The notes under the pieces are model-generated. The model saw only the letters and a program-made list of their open reading frames with translations. It was not told the DNA's origin and ran no database searches. A stretch of 64,000 nucleotides of DNA from Marsupella aquatica (taxonomy: Eukaryota; Plantae; Marchantiophyta). The stretch is taken from NCBI GenBank assembly GCA_973895155.1, contig OZ316892.1, positions 3,971,223-4,035,222 of the forward strand. The letters are read 5' to 3'. Numbering within the stretch: the first letter of the stretch is position 1; each line of letters begins with the position of its first letter. Below are positions 25,581-39,200 of the stretch, in pieces. The translations under genes were made by a program, and so were the position numbers.

Positions 25581-25836
25581 ACAAGAATACCTCTCTAATT
25601 TCAAATTGACCAGGTTCACATCATTGGTTGCAGGTAACAAGAAGAATTATTTTTAGCCTGTATAGACAACACGCCCACAACCCATGCATTGCACAGAAAA
25701 CATTGCATGGAAAATCTGACCACCAGGAAAAAGATCTCATTAAGCGCACGCTCTCCACTTTTGATTTTGGGTATATTCTGATACCCCCAAACGTTTCTAC
25801 AATCACAAGAATACCTCTCTAATTTCAAATTGACCA
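25581..25836. mobile_element. Dispersed repeat copy 2 (25613-25804) flanked by 32-bp direct repeats
   Basis: acaagaatacctctctaatttcaaattgacca at 25581-25612 and 25805-25836. The interior is homologous to 17791-18062. Confidence 0.65.
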
Positions 25837-27639
25837 AATCCCCTTTCTTGGTCTTTGGAGTTCCCCTTCTCTTAGTGTACCAAAAGTATCAGGCTTTGCG
25901 AGTCCTCAATGGTCCATTGTCTTCTTTTTATTCCCTCTGAGATTAAATCTGGACTGTGTATGAATGGAATAGTTCTAGTTGCCTTTACAAGAACTGGGGG
26001 CAAAACCTCCCAAATGTTTGCCAAAAGTGAACGTATATGCAAAAAAAGTATTCTATGAGTAAAAATTTGACATTTCAAATAATCCATGGGGGTATGGATC
26101 ACAACTTTTGACCTCAAGACTCACATGGCCCAAGCATTTTTTTGCACACAAAAAAGTGTGCAAGGAATACGTATCATTTTAGTAGAAAGTGGTCTTTTAA
26201 GACAATCCATGCGAGGATGGATCACAAAGCTTGAACGCACGATTCAGATGGACAACACATTTTTACACCCAAAAAGTGTGTGGATATACAAAGAAAAAAC
26301 ATTATGTGAGCACAGAGTGATCGTTCAAAATAATCCATGGGGAAAAAAGGATTAATTTAAAAATGCTTCAAACAAAGTACAAAGCGCGATCGAGTAAAAG
26401 CAAAGAGGTCCAGAAAGGACAAACAAAAAAGTGGAAAGAAGAGGGCAACCACTAACTGTAAAAACCTAGAAAAAGAAACTTTACAAAATAAAGATTTACC
26501 ACTAGAGCCAAAGCAGGCATGCCTGAGTGGCATCTCACTTGAGTAGGGACTCATACATCTTGGGTTAGAAAATTCTCTCCATTTCTGTGGAAAGAAATTC
26601 TCACAAACTTTTTCATAGGGGAAAAAGTGTCTGGTGTCAATGGGTTGCAAGGAAAACTAATCCCATGGGGAAAGCAAAAAATCTATCAGAGAAAAAAAAA
26701 ACGCTCTATGCAAACAAAAAATATGCATGTAGGGTGATGCAAAGAATATAAAATGGAAGACAAAGGAAAATAAAGTTTATTGACCAAAAAGAAACACTTG
26801 AATCACCTTGTCACAACAATTTGCATGCACTCACAAATGGAAAAAGAGATGTTGACCTCACCTCAGAAAAGACATGAAAGATGCAAGAGGGTGCAGAAGC
26901 GTTAAGCTTGGCCCCGTGAATTGATTGGCAACCCTAAGGAACAGTAACAACACCACCCCTATCCCTTCCAACAATATTTTAAAAATAGGCTTAGCGACTA
27001 AAAATTAAGAAAGAAGGGAGAATTAAACAAGAACAAATGAAAATTTCGTAAACTTCCCACCCATGATTAATATGTGTGCCTCTTGTATACAAGGTGCATA
27101 TCAGTATAGGTGCATCAGATATACAGTCATCCTTTTATTCAATCAATTTTTATTGTATGCTTTAATTGCACACGTATCAGAACCCTTTAGTAGCCTACTG
27201 TACATTCTCCGACAGGTCTTCCTTTGGGCACCCAAGGGACACAATCCAAGGGCGACAAAATAAGTGTAGGATGTATTTGATGGTTGGATATTATTCCCTC
27301 CATTCAAGTTTATAAGGAGTCTATGAACTGTTTTGGCAGGACTTATTTTATAATACTTGATGCAAGTAGAATTAGAAAGCAAAAAATGAGACTACACTAA
27401 GGGCATTAAGAGTAGAAAGTCATTCTTCAAAATAATTTATGCTACTCTCCAAACTGCCCGGTTTGGCCTTGACAGGCAAATGAGGGGTCTGGACCCCGTC
27501 ATCCGGCACACCCGGTCATCCCTACCGTCTGGTCCCGGCCCCACCCCAACCTCATTCCAACCCCGTCCAGTCCCGATCCCATCCTGACCCTGCCCATTCC
27601 CCGACCCCGTCCCGCCCCACCCAGTCCTGACCCCGTTCT

Positions 27640-27971
27640 TGTTGAACTAAGACGTCATTCGCAACGACCATACAACCATGATTCATTCCATGCACACATA
27701 GTTGACACAATCTCTACGTGGTTCACCTTTTCTCCAAGGCTACGTCCACACGAACACTCAAGCTTTACTTCAAGAGTAGACGAACACACATGCTCTCTCT
27801 CTTCCTCCTGTTGCTCTGTTACAATGAGTAAGCACCACTCACCAGCGGTTTACACTAGCCCTGGTATATACAAGGTCACACACGACTAACCTAACCTCAG
27901 CTAAGACCCTAACTGTGGTTAGCCTAAGTGCCGTAACCTTTGAGTCACAAGACTAAGAGCAATCCTTAACA
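27640..27971. mobile_element. Solo LTR (332 bp) of a second copia-like family
   Basis: TGTT...AACA termini; perfect 5-bp TSD GTTCT at 27635-27639 and 27972-27976. The internal motif tggttc...aaggctacgtccac is shared with the copia LTRs in this window. Confidence 0.85.
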
Positions 27972-30077
27972 GTTCTGACCCCTCCTCGACCTGACCCAAC
28001 CCCGCCCCAGCCTGACCCCTAACTGAGGACCGGCTAAACTAGGAAGCCCAGGACCGTGCCGGGAAGGGGTTCTAGAGAATTTGTGACTGGCCAGGGAATA
28101 AAGAGTAATATGCGTCACTTGGTCCCTTATGGAACCATAATGTAATGAGTTTAAAGTGTGGGGCAACAAGTAAGCTTGCCTGTAAACTCAAACCCAGCCA
28201 AAGTCCAAAGTCAGGGTTAGATATATGTCAAGTTAATGGGCTCATATTTATGATCTAGAAACCAAGTGATTTGAACTACACCTAGATTTAACACGTCCCT
28301 CTAATTCCATCAGCATCATGTCACGTACTGCGATGTATTATAGCTTCGGTTCCCACAATTATGGAGGTAAACTACTCCCAATTGGCCAAAAATTCGCCTA
28401 CGAAAAAGGATAGAAAAGATGCCGAGAGTATGTTTCCCTTCAAAGGAATTTTTGGGTTCTCGATACCGAGAGAGCCGAGAGAATTCGTGCAGACAGAGTG
28501 ATGAGAGAGGAGTGAAGCTGTTGACGGGAATGGGAAGATTCCGACAGTACATTCCCTTTCAATGGAGTTCTCGATGCGTTGCGTTGAGATTTCGTGAGAG
28601 GAGTATATTCCCGTTCAGCAGACCTTTTTGTGTTCCGCATTTCGTGAGGATGAGACGAGTACAGGGGCAATGAGTTGGTGAGACGGCCTCGGGAAGCGGC
28701 AGAGCTGTTCAGGAGTGGCATCGTTTGGGCGTCAGCGTCAGTGGTCTTGCGTACAACGTCTGGACCAGAGGTGGGCTGTCCAAGTGTGGGTCTCTGTGTC
28801 CACATCCTAATTCTTGCTCGACATTGGACAGCTCACATGCCCCGCTGAAGAGATCGACATCTGTGCTGGCAAAGGTCAGCAATTGGCTCCATTGTCAGGT
28901 CGATCTCCCTCTGTGTGTCCTTTCCGGTTTTGAACATTGCAAATTCGGGCTGGAGTACTTGATCTCCTCTGTCAATTGATGGGGGGCCGGGGGAGAATGG
29001 TCACGTACAGTACCTCACAGCATTGCGCTTTCGCACTAGTGTTCCGGGAAGAATTGTTTTGCTGATTTGGATTGATGTATGTAGCATTGCCTGCGCAGTT
29101 TGAGGGACTGTCGTTGGGCGTTTTCTTGTGGCTCAAGTGGGGACTCATGAGCCGGGGGGACGTTGAACCAATGCAGGTAAAGTTTTTCCCCCCTCGAGAG
29201 ATCGAATTGGTTCTGATTGGTTTGTATCCAGGCTAGTGTGATCCTGCCTTAAGTCTTCACGTTTGCCCTCAGCGGGAACGGGGAATGCGTAGTTGTAATG
29301 TCTCCATGGATTGGTTGCGGCGAGGTGGTCAGCTCAGGTTGGGGCAGGAGCTTATAGTCATTCTATCTGTCTGTCTGTTTCTCTGTCTCAGGTTTGTTTT
29401 TGGGTCCTTAGGGACCCAGTCTATCCGTCTGTCTGTTCCAATAGTCTCTTGGTCATTGGGATCTTCGGAATGTGGAGTTTCCTCAACTGGAGGCTTTCGT
29501 TTACAAGGAATCGCTTTTGGATTGGCTGTACGGTCCGCAGAGCTCCAATGGGGGAAATGGACACAGAGTAATTGATTGCTTGGTTTCAGCTGACGAATGT
29601 TGTAGTCCGGTGTGAGTCTCTTACCGGATGTGACCTTCGCGTTACTCTCCGTTGCCTAACATGGGCCTGATTTGAGAGACCTTTCGATGGTATCGACAAA
29701 ATCTTCGTTTTCTGGTAAACTGGAGCAATGTTGGCTTTCGATGTGGTGGCAAATGGCAGCGCAATTTGTGGATTGTCTGCAGTCATTCTGTATTCTGCTA
29801 AGCTGCACTCATTTCTAAATTTTCTCAAGAGGGGAGTGCGGACACCTGACATCTTCTTTGTTTACAGACTGATTTGGTTCCGGGAATGTTGCTCCCAACC
29901 AAGGGTCTTTTATTTGCAGGTGGAATTATTCCCTTCTACAAGGAATTCTGCATGTGAAGGTAGTTTGGGACTCTCTAGTGTAGGTGCGTCAAGGCGTTTT
30001 GCCGAAGGCTTCATTGAAGTGGAGGGGAGGAAGAGGGAAATAATTTAGGAGCCTTGGTGGACCTCGGGGAAGGAAGG

Positions 30078-33000
30078 ATGGACAAGTCTCTTAAAGCCTG
30101 TTGCACGGTGGGGTCTGTGGAGGATAAGGAACCGAAGTATCTGCTGCACGGTGTTCTAGAGATAACTATCGATGAGTTGAAACTCGAGAAGCTGTCTAGC
30201 AGCGTGTGGGCGGTACGTTTCCTTCCAAAATTTTCCTCCAGGCCAATCTGCCCTGCATGTCAATTACTCATCTTGAAAAACTGGTCACCCTCAGCCAAAA
30301 TAATGGATTTATTACCTCTGGTTGGGGAATATGGTGTCAGAGGATGTGGACTCCCTAGTCATGATGAGGTTTATCGTTTTGGGGACGCAGGAAATTAACG
30401 ACCACAGGGGAGGATGCCATGTGACTGTACAACTTCCACCAGTCAAAATAGGCAAGACAACAGCCCAGCGAAGTCACAAGGGAAGGGTGATCTGGCAGGA
30501 AACCCTTCGAGTCTACTGTGCGAATAATGTCGCTCACGTAGTCTTTTCTATGAATGGTCATGGATATAAAGGGACTGCACGAGTTTTGGCCTCTGAGATC
30601 TTCGAGAAGAGACATTTAGATGGCTGGTTTAGTGTGGATGGCAACTTTAAAAGTCACGGGAAGGTCCACATTGTACTTAAGTTCCTGCCTGCCAGTGAGG
30701 ATCCTCTGTGGGGTGCGGGAGTTGGTGATGCGTCGTCTTTTCAAGGTGTACCGAATACCTTCTTCCCAATGCACAAGGGATGCAGGGTGACTCCGTACCA
30801 AAATTCGCACGTAGAGGACGATTTTTTGCCCCCAGTTGCTTTAGCTGGAGGGAAGCCATATAAACCCGGCAAGTATTGGCAAGAGCTCCACGAGCATATT
30901 CGCCAAGCCAAAAAAATAGTGTATATTGCAGGTGCAACTCACGAGGAACTTCTGCTACCACTTTGGTGAATCTAGCTGCATATGCATGTTTATATCAGGC
31001 ACCATGGAATAGACCATAAATTCTATTTCAAGTGCTACTTTAATTGGCGGACCAAAACGTAGAAGGAATGATGAATTACTTGGAGTCCATTATCATAGAT
31101 ACTGCTTTGGTGGGACACGGGAAAAGGTAGATTTGGGGCGATTGGTAGCCTCCTGTTTGAGAATTGTACCTCGGCTTCATGATTACAGTGATAAAGTCCC
31201 AAGATCTTCTTTTCACAGGCCGAAAAAGAACAAAATAAAGGCATGAAAAAGAATTGACATAAAAATTATCGTTGGAGTGATTTTCTGTGGACAATTTCTG
31301 CAACATTTGCTCACAAAAAATACAATGGGGTTCATCTGTGATCAGTCTTATTCTCATTTGATTTGAATGGTGCCTTTCTTGCACGGTTGTCGGTAACATG
31401 TTCGATTAAATAAATGTTAATCCTTTACAACTGGCAAACGAGGTGATGACTAATCCGAGAAAACATGCCTTTTTACATTACCTGCAGGATGGTCTATGTT
31501 TGCGGAGATAGCCCTCGTCAGGGGGCCTGGAGGGGAGTGGCTAGGAGAGTCTCTACAAACTCTGCTCATTAGGAAAGCAGAAGAGGGAGTGTCAGTTCTG
31601 ATTATGATATGGGATGACAAGACCGACAACCTCGATGGGCTGATATCCAAGCAAGGCATGATGCACACTCATGATGAAGACACCCACAAATCATTCATGG
31701 ATTCAAAGGTGAAGGTGTTCCGGTGTCCCAGAGACCCAAAGCATGGCGCTTTCCACTTAGTAGATGGCTTCGTATTTACCCACCATCAAAAGGCAGTGGT
31801 GCTAGATGCTCCTGAGCTGAATCCCAGTAGCAGCAGGCGACGTCTGATTGCGTTTGTGGGTGGCATTGATCTGTGCGGTGGGAGATATGACACTCCTACA
31901 CACTCTCTCTTCCGCACCTTGGACACTGTGCACAGCCGGGACTTCCATCAAGAGGTCCTTCCCGGTACTCCTCTTGAACCAATAAGTACATCTGTCTGTG
32001 ATGGTCCCACTTCTATTACTTTCAGTAGAACCTCTGTAGTATTGTGGATGATTTCCTTTCATGCTTGTACGTTCTGATGATGGCTACAGAGCAATCTCCT
32101 CCCCTCCTTTTACTAGCTGGAGCCAGTAGGATCTGAAAACCAATTTCCATTTACTGTCTCCCCGACTATCATTTAAATCAAGACTATTAGAAAACGAATA
32201 TCTGAATGCGTGCTCAAGTTGAGTTCTTGTCCTTCCTATGGGATTGTGGACTTTGGTTCAACTCTTTTGTTGATAAGTACCTTTTTTTCCGTGCCGCGTT
32301 GAGGATCTGTGGACTTTAATTTAAATTTCTTCGTGAGTGCATTCATTCGTTCGTTTTCTGGAAGCCTTTGAAGCCGTCAGGTATATATTATTATGCAAGC
32401 TTCGCAACAGAAGAGAGTCTCTATATCTTTTGCATTAACCGTGCCTTTTATATATAAAGAACGGGGATGGTGATGAAATCGTCCAACTATATGCATTCTC
32501 AGGTGCCAAACTTCAGAATGGTGGGCCGCGGCAGCCATGGCATGACATTCATAGTAAGCTAGAAGGTGCAGTGGCGTGGGATGTTTACACCAACTTTGTA
32601 CAGCGATGGAGTCACCAAAGTGGAGCGGAGAATGCAAAACTGCTCGTTAGCGTCGATGATGAGACAGTTTTCTGCCCTCCTTCTCCTGTTGACAGTGAGC
32701 AAGACCTTTCAACATGGAATGCCCAAATCTTTCGATCAATAGACTCGACCTCACTGCAATTTCCTACTGATTCTGAGAACGTTTTCAAGAAAGGATTTAT
32801 CAGGAAGCACAGTCATGTTGTAGAACGGAGTATTCAGGTAAGTCTTACCTTGCGCTTGACTTATTGCTCAGTTCTTATTGTTCGTTCTTAGTCGAACACG
32901 GTAAGATCGTATCATGATGCGTATTGTTTGCTTATTGTTTTTTTATGATTTACATTTTTTATATGGTTTTTCTCTTGACATCCCGAACTGTGATTGCCCC

Positions 33001-34624
33001 CAGGATGCTTACATCTGTGCAATTCGACGCGCTAAGCGATTTATTTTTATCGAGAATCAGTACTTCATGGGGAGCTCCTTTGCGTGGAGAGATGACCCTG
33101 CATGGGAGAGCTACATAGCAAACTTAATCCCAGTCGAAATTGCGCTCAAGATTTCTAGCAAAATTCGGGCAGGTGGGAAGCTTTGTCCACGTTGTCTGAG
33201 AACATCCTCTACTTCGAATTTGGTAGTAAAATCAGTCAAGTTCATGATATCTTGTATTTTGCTTAGTTGTCTCTATGAACAATCATAGTTCGTATAAGAC
33301 TTGAGATTGGACTCTGTATTTTGTAGTGTTTCCAGCATAAAGGACACGTTTGTATACCACCTTTGAACATGTGAAGGTGCTCATCATAGATATCAGTTGG
33401 TTGGAGTTTTCTGCTAAGTACTCGTGTGTCTTCGATAGCGTCAAGTGAAGAGACGGCGCAATATTTAGTTGAGCTGAATCGGGCGCGAATACATCGTACG
33501 CAAAGGAAGACAATCGCCATCAACTGGCCAAAACGTCTTGTATCTGTAGACACCTTAGCGAACCCAATTCGTTCAGGTCTTTTGGCTGGGAATACTGTTT
33601 GGGTTTCTACATATAGTGCAGTGGATGCCCCTGTAAAATTTGATGAGCCAACCGAAACTTGATAAATTGATTTTTTGTTACAGGAGAACGCTTCTCTGCT
33701 TACGTCATCATACCTATGGCACCAAATGGACCAGTTGGTAGTACATCAGTCCAGGATCTTCTTCACCATCAGAGGAAAACAATGGAAATGATGTACAGCA
33801 TTATCCGAGAAGCTTTGGAAGATCAAGGTCGATTTGGAGAGCATCCTACAGATTTTCTGCGCTTCTTCTGCTTGGGTAACAGAGAAGCCAAGACGAAGTC
33901 TGAGTACAAGCCACCCGAAGGTCCTCCAAAAGATTCCTACTATGCAAGAGCCCAGGAGAATCGTCGCTTCCCAATATATGTACATGCCAAGTTGATCATT
34001 GGTGAGTTCGATCGAGATCACAAGCTCTGGGAATAATTTACATTTCAAAATGCCTGCTAACCTCTTACTTGTGGACAATGCATCCCCTTCTTATCAATCT
34101 TCACTATGTAGTCGTTTTATTTTCTAAAGTGCCAGGAAAGGCTGTATATGACGTTGGCCTGATATTTGTTTGCAGTGGACGATGAGTATCTCATAATTGG
34201 ATCAGCCAACATAAATCAACGAGCCATGGATGGAGCTCGTGATACAGAGATGGCGGTGGGTGCCTTCCAGCCTTTCTTCACTATCTATAATGCTCTGGAC
34301 AAGGACACACCTTGCGGTGAGGTCTATGCCTTTCGTATGTCACTATGGTACGAGCACCTCGGACTTTTGGACCCAGTGTTTGAAAAGCCCTGGGAATTGG
34401 AGTGCATGAAGAAAGTGCAGGAGCTGGCTGCTGAGAACTGGGTTGATTACATTAAACCAGGACCTCCTACTGACCTCAAGAGACATCTCCTTGCTTACCC
34501 AGTGAAAGTGGCTAGAGATGGGCGAAAGATTTATACAGAGCCTGGGGATGAACACTACCCTGACACAGAAGCCCCCATTTTGGGTACTGAAAGCCCGCGT
34601 CTTCCTGCGATGTTGACAGCTTGA
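30078..34624 (+). CDS. PLD: C2-domain phospholipase D (PLD alpha/delta-like), 7 exons, ~807 aa
   Basis: Exons 30078-30212, 30391-30931, 31488-31964, 32503-32837, 33004-33172, 33684-34001, 34176-34624 (2424 nt, in frame). HKD1 [43 protein letters not shown]2 [18 protein letters not shown]. Confidence 0.95.
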
Positions 34625-36215
34625 TTAGTTGTTTTCTGCATTCAAGTTTGTCTGGGCTTGTTTCTGAGAGCCCTGACGTCGGCATCCAACCACTAGCTAG
34701 GCTATTCCGATGACAGAAACCACTTTCTAAGTTGTCACAAATCTGGCGCCTCATCTTCGACAGCATGAAGATCGTTCTACTTCGCACTTGTACATTGAAA
34801 TGTGGTGGGTAAACTCAATGAGATCACAGCTATCTCCTCGAGTGTGCATGTTTTTGAAAGGCAGAGGATAACGAGTAGACATCCTGCTCATGATTTCGAA
34901 AGGTGATCCACAGCTAGAAAGATAAGGAGCCCAAGTCCGAATTCATGATCGCAGGATGGTTCTGCCCTGGGGAGAAAAGATCTACCCATCTCAGATTGCC
35001 ATTCATCTAGGAATTTCTTCCAGAGCCTTGGCGTGCAGTGATTCATATTCATTCTAGTACTGTCACACTACTGTGAGATATACTCCGTGGGAGGTTACAG
35101 GTTGGAGCTCAACCGATTACTCATTATCCCTTGAGCAGCTGTGGAAAAAGACGTGTAACCAGGAGTTTTGTCCGCAAGATTAATCTCAAACGGGCAATTT
35201 AAATGAACTCGCGTTTCCAGTGACCTTTGATGTATGGGTATGCCAGCATTCTAATGTCGTTTTCATAGAGATATGTTAAGTGTCAATTAAGACTCGTGAA
35301 GGTGCAAACACATCCTTTGGACCACTTAACTAGGGCATTCCCTCTAAAGAGAATCTGTCCAGTATGATAACAAGTTTAGTAAATGAAAGACCTCTCGAAA
35401 AACAAAATTCCATTGTTGGTAAATGTTAAGAGAGCCTCACGTTTAGTCGATCCCAACGTGGTGATCATGGACGCCTGCATTTCTGAATTTTGATCTAGGT
35501 AAGAGACTTTAATCTGCTAGACGCCAGGTAAAGAGACTTGAATTTGCTAAACGCTAGTTAAGAGAAAACAGAATTGAAAGGAAGCGTGATTTTCTTTGAA
35601 AGGCAACCAAGACACGTTCACAGCAATGTATCGCAGTGTAGACCACGACAGGAACATTGCTCAATGTTTTAATTACGCATTTCACTCACTGCCCGTTTGT
35701 GGCAGCGTGCTAGAGAGTACATCCCCGAATCTGTACATCTTCGTAGAGTTGTCAGGGATACAATACTACACCTGCCTGATTCATTCATCCTGATCGTGAT
35801 GGTTCCAAACCCTCCGACCGTTCATGAGGCTGCCTACTTCCATAACTAGAGTTCAGTTTCCTCGCTCCTAAGATTTGTGGGGTTTTCATTGTACCTGAAT
35901 CTCAGTAAACTTACGACACGTGCAGTGTCAACTGGACCTCGGTCAAGTAGGAGCATCAGCACAAGTGATTACCGTGCCATAATACGCAATCCATATCATT
36001 CGCATCTGCCTCAACTCTTCTACACTTAATCTGCATGACTTGTCGAAAGCGAGAGGGCAAACCCACCTTAACTAAGTATTCGTACCACCTCCAAGAAACT
36101 TCCCGTTCCCAACGTCCCAACCCAAGTGGGATGATAGATCTCAACGGTCGGTAACTACATGCACGTGTCTCGCCTTCAGCGACTTTTACTCATTTAAATC
36201 AACGAGTTGTTGTAC

Positions 36216-39200
36216 CTATTGTAGCCTGCCGGCACTCATTTGCCTGGCCGCCTCTCTGGATAGGCTTAACTGCAACGCTTTGTCCCACGAAAATTGTGTG
36301 CGAGTGACTGGGAGTTTCCTTCGGAGCTCCTGCAAATATACAAACGAATCTTGTAAATCTAGCTGACACACGAATTGCATTACACACCAGTACGATTAAA
36401 AGATGCATTCGTAAGCAGGCGTAAGATGACCAAACAATTTAGAACAGTGGCCTCTAAAGAAGATTTATTTATTCCAGAAACCTAAGGTCTTCGGAAGTTT
36501 AAATGCCCACACCATAATTACTCTTCAAACAAAAATAGTGAAAACACCGGTGTTTCTCAGCTCATTTATTTGACTTTGTCTCCTGGACGGACAAGTAGCA
36601 GTTAAAGTACCTTAAATGTTACGTCTGAAAGATTTGCGTACTTTTCCTGTCAGAAAGAAATACACGAATTAGAATACACGATTCTTAGGACTCTTCCCTG
36701 ACCGGCCCAATATGACCCATCACGATGATTCCAAATTCAGGCTGCTGTTTAGGAAAAATCATTCCATTAAGTAAAAAGCTGGGTCCGATGCCACTGCGTC
36801 AAACAAGCAAACAAGCTAACATAAGCCATGCAATACTACAAAATGCATCAGATCTTGTTTATGGTTCCCTAGCGAAAACGCATGTCATCACATCGATGAA
36901 AATATAGGACGCATGTCGACGCACATCTAGTGACCCTAGGTATTCAGATTCTTGATGTCGAATTGCTGCGACAATTGAAACCGCAGTTTCCTTCGGATCC
37001 TGCAAATCAGACAGGTAGGACTCCGTTAGTTTACTCTGCTCTTCCACACCACATGTGCATGGTTCAATTGAAGTTTTAAAATGATGAACAGCACGTACCT
37101 GAAGAGCAGTTGAGTCCGTGCACTCATATTCAGTATTGAGTTGAACATTGCCTTCCTCAAAGTAGTGCGCATCGACCTACAGTGGGCCCAAGAAAAATTT
37201 CAACACCTAAATGCCACGTCTGTTCAGATAAAACAAGCGAACCTGCAGCTTCGTTGAATGACGAGAACAGTATTGAACGGAGAGCACCTAATAGTAAGGC
37301 GCCTTCATTGTTAAAGTTGTCTGTTCCATCCCTTGGGTGTCTATAGTTGAATTGATCATCAGGGTGGCCAATCGAGAGGCCAACTCATTCAGGATTTCAA
37401 ATCTAAACATTTCCAACAACTTAACCGACCGTAATATCCAAGTAGATGCCTCAGTATAGGTATGCCATTATTGCAGGACTCACATTGATTTTTCCTCTCA
37501 TGTCAACTGACTCCTTGCGTTGACTAAATTCTATTTTCCAAACAGATCTCCAGCGCCCACCTCTGCAATAAAGATATGAGAAACATATGAGAAGGGATGG
37601 CCATACACAAAGAATGAGTCTACTTGATATAATCCAAACCAGTAACTGCAGTTCACACGAATCGAGATCAAAACGACACCAGAGAGTGACAAACTAGGCC
37701 AGCAAAAGTAGGTAGAACCCACAACTGCAAATTAACCTACTCCTACAGGCTCACAGGCAAGAACACATTGGTATATGCTGGGAGTACTGCTGACGAGGAA
37801 AGCGCAAACATGAACCAGGTGGTTTATCTGGTCCAAAGAAGATGATATTGCCGCAAACCTATAATTCTTGGGACTGTAGCTGGAAGTTGAGATAACCACT
37901 GTCAGCTCGAATTCCCCACCACGCTCTTTGGAATCTTTCCCACGAGTGCAATAGACTGAACAACTGCCTCTCGGGTAAGCATCTTCAACATATCTGAGAA
38001 GCTCGACATCCACGGAAGATCTGAAGCAAGAAAGAAATTAACACTCAATGTCAAGATGGGCAAGAAATATGACCAGTGGAACTCATTATGAAAACTATGG
38101 CAGCCGATAGACATCACTGTTCACAATGCCCATCATATGAGCTACATATTGTTCAGCTCTCCTGCACCTTCAAAGCAGCAGCATACATTTGCTCAGACAG
38201 AGTGATGCTAGTGCTGTGGTTTTATTGTCCTCACCGATATTCTTCCACGAAAGCTGACGGCAACTCCCCATCTGACGCAGCTCGCACCGATTTGCAAACC
38301 TGCGAGAGTCAGCAAAATGCTATGTCACAATCGTATCGTTGCTCTCAACAGAAGATTCCTGGGGAAGTCAAATGAGCATATGTACCTGAGAGCGAAAGTT
38401 TCCAGAAATTCCACGACATGTACTCAGAGGGACGAGGAAAGAACTTAGCCAACCTGTTTCACATGGTCCACAGTTGCGACTTGAGCTGTCCTTGGGTCCA
38501 AATAGCAACTTCCATCCAGTTCGGCAAAGCGGCTCACAATTACCTGCCACCACATTGCAGGAGCACAGCTGCCTGCCAATCAGGAAATTCGAATCTCAGA
38601 AGGCCACCCCTACTGTAACATGCACCGTGGACTTAGAAGGGCTGCCTGGATCTTTCCATTTAGCTTTCATGGCCCTTTTCAGAGCAGATCGATCCACATA
38701 GTATATTTCACCTAGAACTAAAACTCATCGCTTTCCGTTGATAGAACGAACGCAATTGAGCGTTCGTTGTCTAAATTGACGCCTCCCCAGCACCTCCCCC
38801 CTCTCCCCAACCAGAAACAGCAGCTCAGCCTTGAAGCCATTTTTGCACGAAGGATAAAATGTCGAGGCATATCCCAAATTCGTCCTAGTCGTAAGATTTC
38901 TTTCCAAATTCGCGGAGGAATGATGAGATTTGATTCCCCGTTCATGCAGGAATCATTCAATGCATGAATAGATGACAACTAGCGAGACAAGACGCAGGAG
39001 CTCAACCAAAATTCAGAAGAAGGAGTCCAAGCTGCACGTTACAGTGTTTCAAACGGGAGACAATCGAGGCCAGCAGGTACACACCTGACCAGTGCCGTTA
39101 GGCATTTCCAGAGAAATCATCTGCTCGACATTATATTGGGGAAATGCCTCCCCACAAGCCTGGTCGAAGAGGACCGAATCGGACAGCACCTTCTGAACAT

